Below, in pieces: positions 1 through 8,879 of a stretch of 39,400 nt of DNA. The stretch lies in the NCBI GenBank assembly GCA_044451405.1, contig JBIOKB010000002.1, positions 1 through 39,400 of the forward strand, given 5' to 3'. The notes under the pieces were generated by a model. The model saw nothing but the letters and a program-made list of their open reading frames with translations. It made no database searches and was not told where the DNA came from. Positions within the stretch are counted from its first letter, which is position 1; each line of letters starts with the position of its first letter. The position numbers and the translations under genes are program-made. The stretch is from Candidatus Babeliales bacterium. Lineage in GTDB: Bacteria > Babelota > Babeliae > Babelales > Vermiphilaceae.

Positions 1-1
1 T

Positions 2-3000
2 AATCCAGCTTCTCCTGTATTAGCAGGATCTACAACGGGGATATTATCTTCAGCACTACGGGGTATCTATGTGCAAGGTAGATATGCATATATAGCAAGT
101 CAGGTCAATACAGGTAGCTTGCTGATTATTGATATAAGTAAACCAGCTTCTCCTGTATTAGTGAACGGTAGTTCTCTTAATATTACTGGCGGCCTTAATG
201 GTATCTATGTACAAGGTAGGTATGCCTATGCAACCAATGGAACTACCGGCGCTACTTCCGTACAAATAATAGATGTTTCCACGCCAAGTGCTCCGGTAGT
301 TATTGGTACAGTACCAACAGCGGCAGGATTAACACCATTTAGATTGTTTGTACAAGGTCGGTACGTCTATGTGATTAATCAAGGTAGCACTGGTGCAACA
401 GGATTCCAGATCTTTGATGTTGGTGGCGCCTACATCCAGCAACTTGAAGCTGGTGGCATTGAAACAGGTACCTTGCAAACACGTGAAAATATGACGGTTA
501 ACAATGATCTTGCGGTTGTAGGCGGCGCAACGTTTGGCCGCGGCTTTGAAGCGACTGGCCCTTGTGGAATTACCGCATCGGGTTCATATGCGGGAGCTTC
601 ATTTACTGCATCAGGATGGCAGCCAGCATTAAATGTTTCAGGACAATTATTTGTACCACCGATAGTGCCACCAAGTGCGGTGGGCACTGTATCAACAAAT
701 GTTGCTAATTATTCCTGCATACAAGGTAACTATGTATATCAATTAGGTTTTACTCCAGGAAGTTTCCAAGTAATTGATGTAAGTAATCCATCAGCGCCGG
801 TTATTGTTGGTACTTCAACAGCACTTGGTGGTGGGCGTGGTATTACTGTTCAAGGAAGATATGCGTATGTAGTAAATCAATCTCCTAATAGTTTAGTAAT
901 TTTTGATGTAAGTAATCCCGTTGCACCGACACAAATATCATCTACAAACACGGGTTCAACACCGCTCTCAATTTATGTGCAAGGGAGATACGCATATATG
1001 ATTGTAGGCAATGTGCTACAAATATATGATGTAAGCAATCCACAAGCTCCTGTGTTTGTAGCTTCTTCAGCAGCGACAACTACGCCACAAGCAGTATATG
1101 TTCAAGGTACGTATGCCTATGTGGCATGTAGAAATACTGGTAATACATTTAATATATACGATGTAAGTAATCCATCGGCGCCGGTGCTTAAAGCATCAGT
1201 GGCAACAGGATTAGATCCGCTTGATGTGTATGTACAGGGTCGCTATGCCTATGTAGTAAACGATGGTGTTCCTTCAGTACAAATTTTTGATGTAAAAGAT
1301 CCAAGTAATCCAACGCTTGTAGGTGCGATTACTGTTGGTGGAAGTTCAATTGTTGTACAAGGTCGTTATGCCTATACGGCAAATGAGGCAACGGCAATTA
1401 ATATCATTGATGTCAGTAATCCAAGTTCCCCAATATCTGCAGGTTCTATAACTACAGCAACTGGTAATTTCAGAACATTAGTACAAGGACGTTATGCCTA
1501 TGCAAGTACTGCAAGCTCATTACAAGTCTTTGACCTTGGCGGTGCCTATATCCAACAACTTGAAGCAGGTGGCATCGAAGTTGGTACGCTTGCAACACGT
1601 GAAAATATGACGGTTAACAATGATCTTGCAGTTGTAGGCGGCGCAACGTTTGGCCGCGGCTTTGAATCCACAGGCCCAAGCTCAATTACGGCATCGGGAT
1701 CATATACGTCTAATGGATGGCAGCCAGCATTAAATGTTTCAGGTCAGTTGTTTGTGCCGCCGATGACACCACCAAGTGCGGTAGGCAGTTTAACAACCGG
1801 TAATGCGCCAATTAGTGTCTATGTACAAGGTAGATATGCCTATGTGGTAAATAATACATCAAGTACATTACAAATCATTGATGTAAGTAATCCACAAAAC
1901 CCAGTATCTATAAATGGTGCTACCGGAACGGCAACAACATTGAGTGGCCCATTTACCGTGTATGTACAAGGTAGATACGCATATATTTCAGGTGGTGCAG
2001 GTCTTGAAATACAGGATGTATCAAATCCTGCGTTACCTGTATTTGTCGGTTCAGTAGCTACATCAAATGCCCAAGGACTATATGTACAAGATAAATATGT
2101 CTATGTGGCGCTTACTAATGGCACGTTGCAAGTAATTGATGTGAGTAATCCGCCGAGCCCGTTATTGGTAGGAGCTCCATCATTAGGAACTCAATTAGTG
2201 GAAGTATATGTGCAAGGTAAATATGCATACGTGACTGACCATGGAGCAGGTAAACTATTAGTAGTCGATATAAGTAATCCAGCATCACCATCTACAGTTG
2301 GCTCTTTAACAACAGCATCTGGATCGACGGCAGGTATTTATGTACAAGGTCGCTATGCGTATGTAACAAATCAAACATCAGGAACTACCAATTTCCAAAT
2401 AGTTGATATAAGTAATCCATCACCTTCTGTTGTTAGCGGTAGTTCACTGACACTCACAGGTTCTCCAACTCACATTTACGTGCAAGGTAGATATGCGTAT
2501 GTAGTGAGTCAAACGAGTAATACATTGCAGATAATTGATGTTACTATACCGAGCGCACCAGTAGTAATTGGTTCAGTACCTGCCGGATCAATTCCATTTA
2601 GAGTGTTTGTACAAGGTCGGTACGTCTATGTGATTAATCAAGGTAGCACTGGTACAACAGGATTCCAGATCTTTGATGTTGGTGGCGCTTATATCCAACA
2701 ACTTGAAGCGGGGGGTATTGAAACAGGTACCTTGCAAACACGTGAAAATATGACGGTCAACAATGACCTTGCGGTTGTAGGTGGTGCAACGTTTGCGCGT
2801 GGCTTTGAAGCAAATGGACCAAGTGCAATTACCGGATCTTCATTTGCTGCATCACCAATTCCTGCACTCATCTTAACCGGTAGCGCAGCAAATGCAGCAT
2901 CTACGCCATTACGCTTAAATAACGTACCGACAGTAGCTGCATCAGGGACCGCTGATACCGCGCTTACTTTAGATTCTGCAAACAATGTAAAAACAACAAC

Positions 3001-3997
3001 AGCATTAACTGTCGATTCATCACAAAATGTTAATATTGCCAAAAATTTATTGATGCCAAATACCATTAGTTCGACAGTAGGGATCATTGAATTTGGTGGT
3101 AGCCGTTTTATTTCTAATATTGGAACAGACAATACATTTGTAGGGCAAAATGCAGGTAATACGTCATTAACAACGGTGGATGCACTAGATAATACAGGTG
3201 TGGGATTCAATGCATTAATAGCTTTAACTGTAGGTGCTGATAATACAGCCATTGGATCTGAGGCAGGCAAACTTATTAAGGATGGTACTTCGAATACATG
3301 TATTGGTGCTGCTGCAGGTTTTGACGTAGTTACTCCTACCATTGGTATTAGCTCAGGATCTTCGAATACATGTATTGGTGCTAGTGCAGGTCAAGGTATT
3401 ACAACAGGTACTGATAATATATGTATTGGTACCCTTACAGGGTCAAATATTGCAGCTGGTATTAATAATATTTATATTGGGGACAACACTAATCCAGGTT
3501 CCGAAAGCAATGCGCTGCGTATTGGAAATGGAACTACCACAGCATTTATTCAAGGTATAGATGGTGTATTATCAAGTGGTGGTACTGCAGTGTTTATTAA
3601 TGGTTCGAATCAGCTTGGAACAACTACTTCTTCGCATCGTTACAAAAAAGATATTGTAGATCTTGCATCAGTTAAAGAGGCGTTGAAAAAACTTCGCCCG
3701 GTAACATTTAAATACATAGCAGATAAAGCCGGTTATCCTGAATACGGATTGATTGCAGAAGAAGTTCAAAAGATATTCCCTGAATTGGTTATTTACAAAG
3801 ATGGACAACCAGAAACGATTCGCTATCACCTCTTTGATGCGATATTCATCAAGGCATTACAAGAATTAATTGCACAGAATGAAGAGCTGGAAAAGAAGCT
3901 TGCTGATCAACACGAGCGCCTTGAAAAGCAGGAGATTTTACAGAAGTATTTGATGGAGGAGGTTGCGAGGTTAGTAACAAGAAGTGAAAACCGGTAA
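2..3997 (+). CDS. Large LVIVD-repeat (beta-propeller) fibre/adhesin-like protein with C-terminal Peptidase_S74-type intramolecular chaperone; 5' end lies outside the window
   Basis: Frame is open from nt 2 (NPASPVLAGS...IYVQGRYAY). 17 copies of xxVQGRYAY...I.DVSNP..P, three copies of a conserved linker (GGAYIQQLEAGGIE.GTL.TRENMTVNNDLAVVGGATF), NTxIGxxAG head-type repeats, then TSSHRYKKDI...LRPVTFKY...YGLIAEEVQKIFPELV and a coiled coil. Confidence 0.85.
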   Translation, partial: NPASPVLAGSTTGILSSALRGIYVQGRYAYIASQVNTGSLLIIDISKPASPVLVNGSSLNITGGLNGIYVQGRYAYATNGTTGATSVQIIDVSTPSAPVVIGTVPTAAGLTPFRLFVQGRYVYVINQGSTGATGFQIFDVGGAYIQQLEAGGIETGTLQTRENMTVNNDLAVVGGATFGRGFEATGPCGITASGSYAGASFTASGWQPALNVSGQLFVPPIVPPSAVGTVSTNVANYSCIQGNYVYQLGFTPGSFQVIDVSNPSAPVIVGTSTALGGGRGITVQGRYAYVVNQSPNSLVIFDVSNPVAPTQISSTNTGSTPLSIYVQGRYAYMIVGNVLQIYDVSNPQAPVFVASSAATTTPQAVYVQGTYAYVACRNTGNTFNIYDVSNPSAPVLKASVATGLDPLDVYVQGRYAYVVNDGVPSVQIFDVKDPSNPTLVGAITVGGSSIVVQGRYAYTANEATAINIIDVSNPSSPISAGSITTATGNFRTLVQGRYAYASTASSLQVFDLGGAYIQQLEAGGIEVGTLATRENMTVNNDLAVVGGATFGRGFESTGPSSITASGSYTSNGWQPALNVSGQLFVPPMTPPSAVGSLTTGNAPISVYVQGRYAYVVNNTSSTLQIIDVSNPQNPVSINGATGTATTLSGPFTVYVQGRYAYISGGAGLEIQDVSNPALPVFVGSVATSNAQGLYVQDKYVYVALTNGTLQVIDVSNPPSPLLVGAPSLGTQLVEVYVQGKYAYVTDHGAGKLLVVDISNPASPSTVGSLTTASGSTAGIYVQGRYAYVTNQTSGTTNFQIVDISNPSPSVVSGSSLTLTGSPTHIYVQGRYAYVVSQTSNTLQIIDVTIPSAPVVIGSVPAGSIPFRVFVQGRYVYVINQGSTGTTGFQIFDVGGAYIQQLEAGGIETGTLQTRENMTVNNDLAVVGGATFARGFEANGPSAITGSSFAASPIPALILTGSAANAASTPLRLNNVPTVAASGTADTALTLDSANNVKTTTALTVDSSQNVNIAKNLLMPNTISSTVGIIEFGGSRFISNIGTDNTFVGQNAGNTSLTTVDALDNTGVGFNALIALTVGADNTAIGSEAGKLIKDGTSNTCIGAAAGFDVVTPTIGISSGSSNTCIGASAGQGITTGTDNICIGTLTGSNIAAGINNIYIGDNTNPGSESNALRIGNGTTTAFIQGIDGVLSSGGTAVFINGSNQLGTTTSSHRYKKDIVDLASVKEALKKLRPVTFKYIADKAGYPEYGLIAEEVQKIFPELVIYKDGQPETIRYHLFDAIFIKALQELIAQNEELEKKLADQHERLEKQEILQKYLMEEVARLVTRSENR
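345..550 (+). repeat. Intragenic linker repeat, copy 1 (copies 2 and 3 at about 1520-1666 and 2604-2810)
   Basis: 345-394 is identical to 2604-2653; 478-550 matches 1594-1666 with one mismatch; AACACGTGAAAATATGACGGT is exact at 478, 1594 and 2737. Confidence 0.95.
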
Positions 3998-4012
3998 CCA
4001 TGTGTAAAGTAA

Positions 4013-4048
4013 TACAGGCCAATAATCATTCTGGATTATTGGCCTGTA
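4013..4048. terminator. Hairpin between convergent genes, likely bidirectional terminator
   Basis: 15-bp perfect stem TACAGGCCAATAATC / GATTATTGGCCTGTA with a 6-nt loop. Confidence 0.8.
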
Positions 4049-4066
4049 AATTTTAGATGAAATTTT

Positions 4067-4594
4067 TCAATCTTCTTGTAGCAACGTAATTACAACTTCC
4101 GCATATTCTCGCGCTGCATTAGGCCCTGTTGCGGTGATGATCCGACCATCAACGACCACATCTTTTGGTATATAATGAATACGATGTTCTTGGTAAATTG
4201 CCCCTAATTCATTATCACCGTTAAATCCGGTAGCTTGCTTATCTTTTAATATGCCAGAGTGTGCTAAAATGCGCGTAGAAATACAAATAGCGCCAACAAC
4301 TTTTTTTGCTTGTATGGCCTTAGTAATGAGTGCATAACTTGCGTGATTATCAAGATATTCAAGAGCACCTGCTCCGCCTACAAAGAAGATGCCATCATAA
4401 TCAGTAACAACAGCATCATGTACGAGTATATCAACTGGTGTTGTTGAATGATCAGTTGCATGGGCAATACCCAGTGCGTTACTGGCAGTTACGACGGTAA
4501 ATCCAGCTTGTTCAAGAAGATTTTTAGGAATTGTATATTCAATGGGTTGATAATCAGTACTTGCAATAACAAAGAGGGCTTTTTTAGTGACCAT
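4067..4594 (-). CDS. DJ-1/PfpI family protein
   Basis: DYQPIEY (conserved Glu), DYDGIFFVGGAGA, AICIS nucleophile Cys, VVVDGRIITATGP. Confidence 0.9.
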   Translation of the reverse strand: MVTKKALFVIASTDYQPIEYTIPKNLLEQAGFTVVTASNALGIAHATDHSTTPVDILVHDAVVTDYDGIFFVGGAGALEYLDNHASYALITKAIQAKKVVGAICISTRILAHSGILKDKQATGFNGDNELGAIYQEHRIHYIPKDVVVDGRIITATGPNAAREYAEVVITLLQED

Positions 4595-4638
4595 CCGATA
4601 TTCTCGCGCCTTTGGCGCCTGTCCGGCGCTCTGAGAAG

Positions 4639-5643
4639 TTAGTGTTGATCTCTGTGTTTTTCCACGTATTTTGCAGAATAAAGGGTAACGTCCTGATTGT
4701 CAATGAACGTATGGACAGTAAAAGCAGGGTAGGAAATAGAGGTTGTTTGTATTATTTGGGGTAATGGTTCAATGGTAATAGTGCACGTAGGATCAAGCGT
4801 AATATGCTGTATGGAGCTGCTTATGCGTGTAAGCAGGATATTCTTATCACGGCACATTTTCTTAATAGCACTATAAGTATGTAACCCAGAAGATGATAAC
4901 GAGCCATGCCAATAGGGGATATACACATTCTTAATGGGCATTTTGATCATGAGACTTTCAACTGCTTTGAGCGTCATTGTATTTGGTTGTAACACAATAA
5001 CATGATCAAGTACGGTGCATCCGGTACGTTGTATAATCTGAGGAATTAAGGTGAATTGTACCCAGGAAGGGGCGCCCATCGTTTTTCCTAGGTATCCAGG
5101 GTCAATGAGCGTGAAAGTTCCCTGATGTTGTATAAGATGTACGGCACCATTATTGCAGATAATGGGAATATGGGCAGGTGTTGAGCGTTGTAGATACCAG
5201 GCATAACCCCAAAAGCCAATAAGAAGCAGTAAAAGACAGATACTACTTCTATATAAGCTGCGTGTTTGGTTGCAAATCATAACAAGTATGGCACTCAATG
5301 GTAACAAAAGGAGGATGAAATATGAGGGCTGTGTGAATCCAATGAGCCATCGTTTGGTATCAGCATGCATAATAGATAGCCAATAGGTAGTTACTTGTTC
5401 AAGAAGCATAATAAGCAATCCATTAGGTATACCAATAAGCTCGGTAAGAAAAATAAACGATGAAAGTAACAAAAAGAGCGTGAGCATGGGGCCAAATAAG
5501 AGATTTCCTAAAGGTGATAACAGTGAAAGAGGCAACCCCCAGGCACATAACAGTGGCAACGAAAAAAGGGTGATAAATAATTGAAGTTGAATACCGTGTA
5601 GTATCCAACGGATGATTTTTGTAATTAATGATGTGCTTATCAT
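4639..5643 (-). CDS. ComEC/Rec2-like C-terminal half: membrane segment plus degenerate metallo-beta-lactamase-like domain
   Basis: Hydrophobic N-half with SLPLL...SLLSPLGNLLFGP resembling the end of the Competence domain; TLIDPG and LDHVIVLQP in MBL strand positions but no HxHxDH. Confidence 0.55.
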   Translation of the reverse strand: MISTSLITKIIRWILHGIQLQLFITLFSLPLLCAWGLPLSLLSPLGNLLFGPMLTLFLLLSSFIFLTELIGIPNGLLIMLLEQVTTYWLSIMHADTKRWLIGFTQPSYFILLLLPLSAILVMICNQTRSLYRSSICLLLLLIGFWGYAWYLQRSTPAHIPIICNNGAVHLIQHQGTFTLIDPGYLGKTMGAPSWVQFTLIPQIIQRTGCTVLDHVIVLQPNTMTLKAVESLMIKMPIKNVYIPYWHGSLSSSGLHTYSAIKKMCRDKNILLTRISSSIQHITLDPTCTITIEPLPQIIQTTSISYPAFTVHTFIDNQDVTLYSAKYVEKHRDQH

Positions 5644-5764
5644 ATGTTTTAGAGTAAAAGTATTTTGAATTTATGTCTTTAAATAGTTGCTATTATAGGT
5701 GAGGTTATATTAGGATTGCAGAGCAATTTACGTAGTGTATCACTCATAAAAATAGGGGATGGTC

Positions 5765-5950
5765 ATGAAGATAGACAACAGACGTACACGCATTCGTGAA
5801 TACTGGAGAAATCTTATGCATTCAACGCAAAGAAAGATGTCCGAAGGAGCTCAATGTATTGCGCGTATGATTCATTCTGCTCATAGTGGTCAATGGCGAA
5901 GAAAAGATAAGGCGCAGCATCGCACGGAGAATCACCATAGCAAGAAGTAA
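5765..5950 (+). CDS. Small basic hypothetical protein abutting tkt
   Basis: AGGGG 6 nt upstream of ATG 5765; stop TAA 5948-5950 is immediately followed by the tkt ATG; Arg/Lys/His-rich. Confidence 0.4.
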   Translation: MKIDNRRTRIREYWRNLMHSTQRKMSEGAQCIARMIHSAHSGQWRRKDKAQHRTENHHSKK

Positions 5951-7858
5951 ATGAGTATGAATGAACGCACACAATTTCTACGGCGCAAAGCATATAATCT
6001 GAGAGTAGCATCGCTATACATGACCAGCACCGCAGGATCAGGGCACCCTACTTCCTGTTTATCAGCGGCTGATATCGTAGCCACCCTCTTTTTTTATGCC
6101 ATGCGCTACGATCCACAGCATTTTAATAATCCTAATAATGATCATTTTATACTTTCAAAAGGGCATGCTGCGCCCCTGTTATATGCTGCATGGAAAGAAG
6201 TTGGGATACTTACTTTTGAAGAACTGCTTACGTATCGTTCTATTAATTCAGTGCTCGAAGGTCATCCAACCAAACGCTTTGCCTATACTGAAAGTGCTAC
6301 TGGTGCACTCGGTATAGGGCTTTCTATGGGTGTTGGTATGGGTTTAGCTGCACGGTTAAACACATGGCAATCCCGCAGCTATGTACTTATGGGCGATGCT
6401 GAAATTGCAGAAGGATCAGTGTGGGAAGCTGCTGAACTCGCATGTTATTATGAACTTGATAATGTAATCGCGCTTGTTGATGATAACCGCTTAGGGCAAA
6501 GTACTGAATCATTACACGGCCGTAATGCACAGCGCTATGCAGATCAATTTGCTGCATTTGGATGGGCTACCCATATCGTTGATGGGCATGATATCCCAGC
6601 ACTTATGCAGGCGCTTGATACTGCGCATAACACCCAGGGGCAACCCACCGTTATTATAGCACAAACATTTAAAGGGTACGGTGTTTCGTTTGCAGAAGAT
6701 GTGCTTGGCTGGCATGGTAAGGCGTTGAATAAAGAGCAGTTAGAAAAAGCTTTGCAAGAACTTGCCCAAAAATTTCCTGATGCAGCTGCGTATGACGAGG
6801 CGGCATATTCGTGGAAACCAAAAATCCCGCCCTCGGCAGAACCAAAAACGGGAGTGTGTGCCAACCCGTTCGTCCCGAGTGCCGAGCATAGCAAGGTGTA
6901 TCGAGGGATTAAAGAAACTACCTACACCATAGGTGATATGGTCCCCACCCGTAAAGCATATGGTCAGGCATTGGTAGAATTGGGAGCTGTATGCCCTGAT
7001 ATCGTGTGTCTTGATGCTGAAGTTAAAAATTCTACCTATGCAGAACTCTTTGAAGATGTATATCCCGATCGCTTTGTACAATGCTTTGTTGCAGAACAAA
7101 ATATGGTGAGCATGGGTGTTGGTTTTGATCGGTGTGGTAACATTCCCTTTATTTCTACGTTTGGTGCATTTTTTACCCGCGCCTTTGATCAGATTCGCAT
7201 GGCAGCAATTAGTAATGCCCGCTTACGTCTTGTCGGTTCTCATGCGGGTGTGAGTATTGGGCAAGATGGACCATCACAAATGGGGCTTGAAGATATTGCC
7301 ATCATGCGTACCCTTCCCAATTCAGTGGTGTTGTATCCGAGTGATGCAGTAAGTACGCATAAATTGGTGTATGAAATGGCACAGTATACCAAAGGCATCA
7401 GTTATTTACGCACTACCCGTATGGCAACGCCAGTATTGTATGATACACATGAAAAATTTACTATTGGTGGGTGTAAAGTATTACGTTCAAGTAATCATGA
7501 TGTAGCCTGTGTTGTTGCAGCAGGCGTTACGCTTGTAGAAGCATTAAAAGCGTATGATCTTTTGCAAAAAGAAGGTATTCATATAGCAGTTATCGATTTG
7601 TATTCAATTAAACCATTAGATGCAGCTACGTTGATTCAAGTAGGTACGGCTTCAAATAATTGTATTATTACGGTGGAAGATCATTATCATGCAGGTGGCT
7701 TGGGAGAGGCGGTGACCTATGCACTGCGTGCTACTGATATTACCGTTGAATGCTTAGCAGTGTCTGCGTTGCCACGGTCAGGCATGCCTGAAGAGCTTCT
7801 TGCACTGATGGGAATTGACGCACGTGCCATCGTGAATGAAGTAAAACGGGTTGTTTAA
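5951..7858 (+). CDS. tkt: Transketolase (short, metazoan-like single-chain type)
   Basis: AGSGHPTSCLSAADI, FILSKGHAAP, LEGHPT, ThDP motif GDAE...EGSVWEA...DDN, TRKAYG, AEQNMV, TRAFDQIRM, HAGVSIGQDGPSQM. Confidence 0.95.
   Translation: MSMNERTQFLRRKAYNLRVASLYMTSTAGSGHPTSCLSAADIVATLFFYAMRYDPQHFNNPNNDHFILSKGHAAPLLYAAWKEVGILTFEELLTYRSINSVLEGHPTKRFAYTESATGALGIGLSMGVGMGLAARLNTWQSRSYVLMGDAEIAEGSVWEAAELACYYELDNVIALVDDNRLGQSTESLHGRNAQRYADQFAAFGWATHIVDGHDIPALMQALDTAHNTQGQPTVIIAQTFKGYGVSFAEDVLGWHGKALNKEQLEKALQELAQKFPDAAAYDEAAYSWKPKIPPSAEPKTGVCANPFVPSAEHSKVYRGIKETTYTIGDMVPTRKAYGQALVELGAVCPDIVCLDAEVKNSTYAELFEDVYPDRFVQCFVAEQNMVSMGVGFDRCGNIPFISTFGAFFTRAFDQIRMAAISNARLRLVGSHAGVSIGQDGPSQMGLEDIAIMRTLPNSVVLYPSDAVSTHKLVYEMAQYTKGISYLRTTRMATPVLYDTHEKFTIGGCKVLRSSNHDVACVVAAGVTLVEALKAYDLLQKEGIHIAVIDLYSIKPLDAATLIQVGTASNNCIITVEDHYHAGGLGEAVTYALRATDITVECLAVSALPRSGMPEELLALMGIDARAIVNEVKRVV
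6864..6908 (+). repeat. Palindromic CCGTTCGTCC-type element in frame within the tkt interdomain linker
   Basis: CCGTTCGTCCCGAG...TCGAGGGA versus CCGTTCGTCCTGAG...TCCAAGGA at 28942-28967. Confidence 0.65.
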
Positions 7859-7871
7859 ATAAAGGGATAGT

Positions 7872-8798
7872 ATGAAAAAGTTATTAATAGCCAGTGTATG
7901 GATGATAACTACAGGGACTGTTTGGGTATATGGAGTAGAAGTTGCACCTAAACCAAAAAGTACTCCAGCAACATTTCCTCAAATTATTAGGCTTGCTAAA
8001 GAGGGACCAGAAAAAGATCTTATGGGGAGAGATTTTATCGGAGCAGATGCGTTTGATATTATTTCAATACAACAGTTTGCGTATATAGTTGATCTTGAGA
8101 GAAAAGGTTTTCCTTTTATTATAGCGCGTAGTGTAGGAGTTGGTGAAGATAGTGAACGGGTTCATTATCGCTATTATCCAGTACTTGAGGCACACGATTT
8201 TATTTTTGGCACTCAACGAGGGCACCATTTCGGATTGGAAAGTACTTTTAAAGCGGGAATTAGATTTTCGCGGTATAAACGACCAGCTCCTGCAAGCAAT
8301 TTATTTGGTCCTGAACGATTTGAAGATGACATTCGTGGCTATATGATTCCCCCATTACGCTATTATGTTTCTTTGAATGGTAAATCCTTTATGTACTTCG
8401 CTTCGGAAAAAGATATTACTGAGGCATCTGGGGCAAATGCAAAAGAAATGAGAAAACGGGACAGGCTATCGGTGATTTTTTCTCGGGTGTCGGAACTTGA
8501 AAAGATACGAGATCAGATACGAGATCAAGATAAAAAACCATTTTCTTGGGGCCTTTGTTTTTTGCTTGGGCAACAGCTTGAAGAAAATGGCAATTTAGAG
8601 GAGGCGCTTATTTTTTATGCTGAAGTAGAGGAGCTTGTGGTCGGGCATAAACTTGTCGCGGAGTTTGAGAAAGCAAGGAAAACTAAATTTAGTGTTTTTC
8701 AGCAGTATATTAAGGATTTACGTAAGACGATTGACGAACAAAAAAAAGCTAAAACTCCAAGTGAAGAGCACAAGAAAGAAGCCGCCCAGAAAAGTTAA
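7872..8798 (+). CDS. Hypothetical exported protein
   Basis: 308 aa, AGGGA RBS, MKKLLI... signal-like N-terminus, helical charged C-terminus; no family recognised. Confidence 0.75.
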   Translation: MKKLLIASVWMITTGTVWVYGVEVAPKPKSTPATFPQIIRLAKEGPEKDLMGRDFIGADAFDIISIQQFAYIVDLERKGFPFIIARSVGVGEDSERVHYRYYPVLEAHDFIFGTQRGHHFGLESTFKAGIRFSRYKRPAPASNLFGPERFEDDIRGYMIPPLRYYVSLNGKSFMYFASEKDITEASGANAKEMRKRDRLSVIFSRVSELEKIRDQIRDQDKKPFSWGLCFLLGQQLEENGNLEEALIFYAEVEELVVGHKLVAEFEKARKTKFSVFQQYIKDLRKTIDEQKKAKTPSEEHKKEAAQKS

Positions 8799-8821
8799 TA
8801 GGTTAAGCTAATACTTGTTGA

Positions 8822-8879
8822 CCCATCCTTCGTCTTTACTTACGCAGTGTTACACGAGGATGTTTAAGACTTCGGAGGG
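8822..8879 (-). repeat. Palindromic element (GAAG variant) overlapping the 3' end of the 8850 CDS
   Basis: Minus strand CCC-TCC-GAA-GTCTT...AAGAC-GAA-GGA-T-GGG, the same arm architecture as 28703-28750. Confidence 0.65.

Noticed and set aside
345-2810. DGR template/variable repeat pair in the fibre gene
   Set aside because: Mismatches between copies are mostly synonymous and not adenine-specific, all copies are coding, and no reverse transcriptase is in the window
2689-3342. Long antisense ORFs (this one, also 30193-30672, 19830-20231, 37284-37664 and similar)
   Set aside because: Shadows of well-supported genes on the opposite strand, without RBS or recognisable motifs
3600-3997. Prophage suggested by the S74 tail-chaperone domain
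   Set aside because: No phage genes downstream; the gene is followed by a terminator and housekeeping genes (upstream context is not visible)
4605-4630. GC-rich GCGCC/GGCGC mini-hairpins between pfpI and the comEC-like gene
   Set aside because: Stems are only 5 bp and do not match the other repeat families; too weak to call
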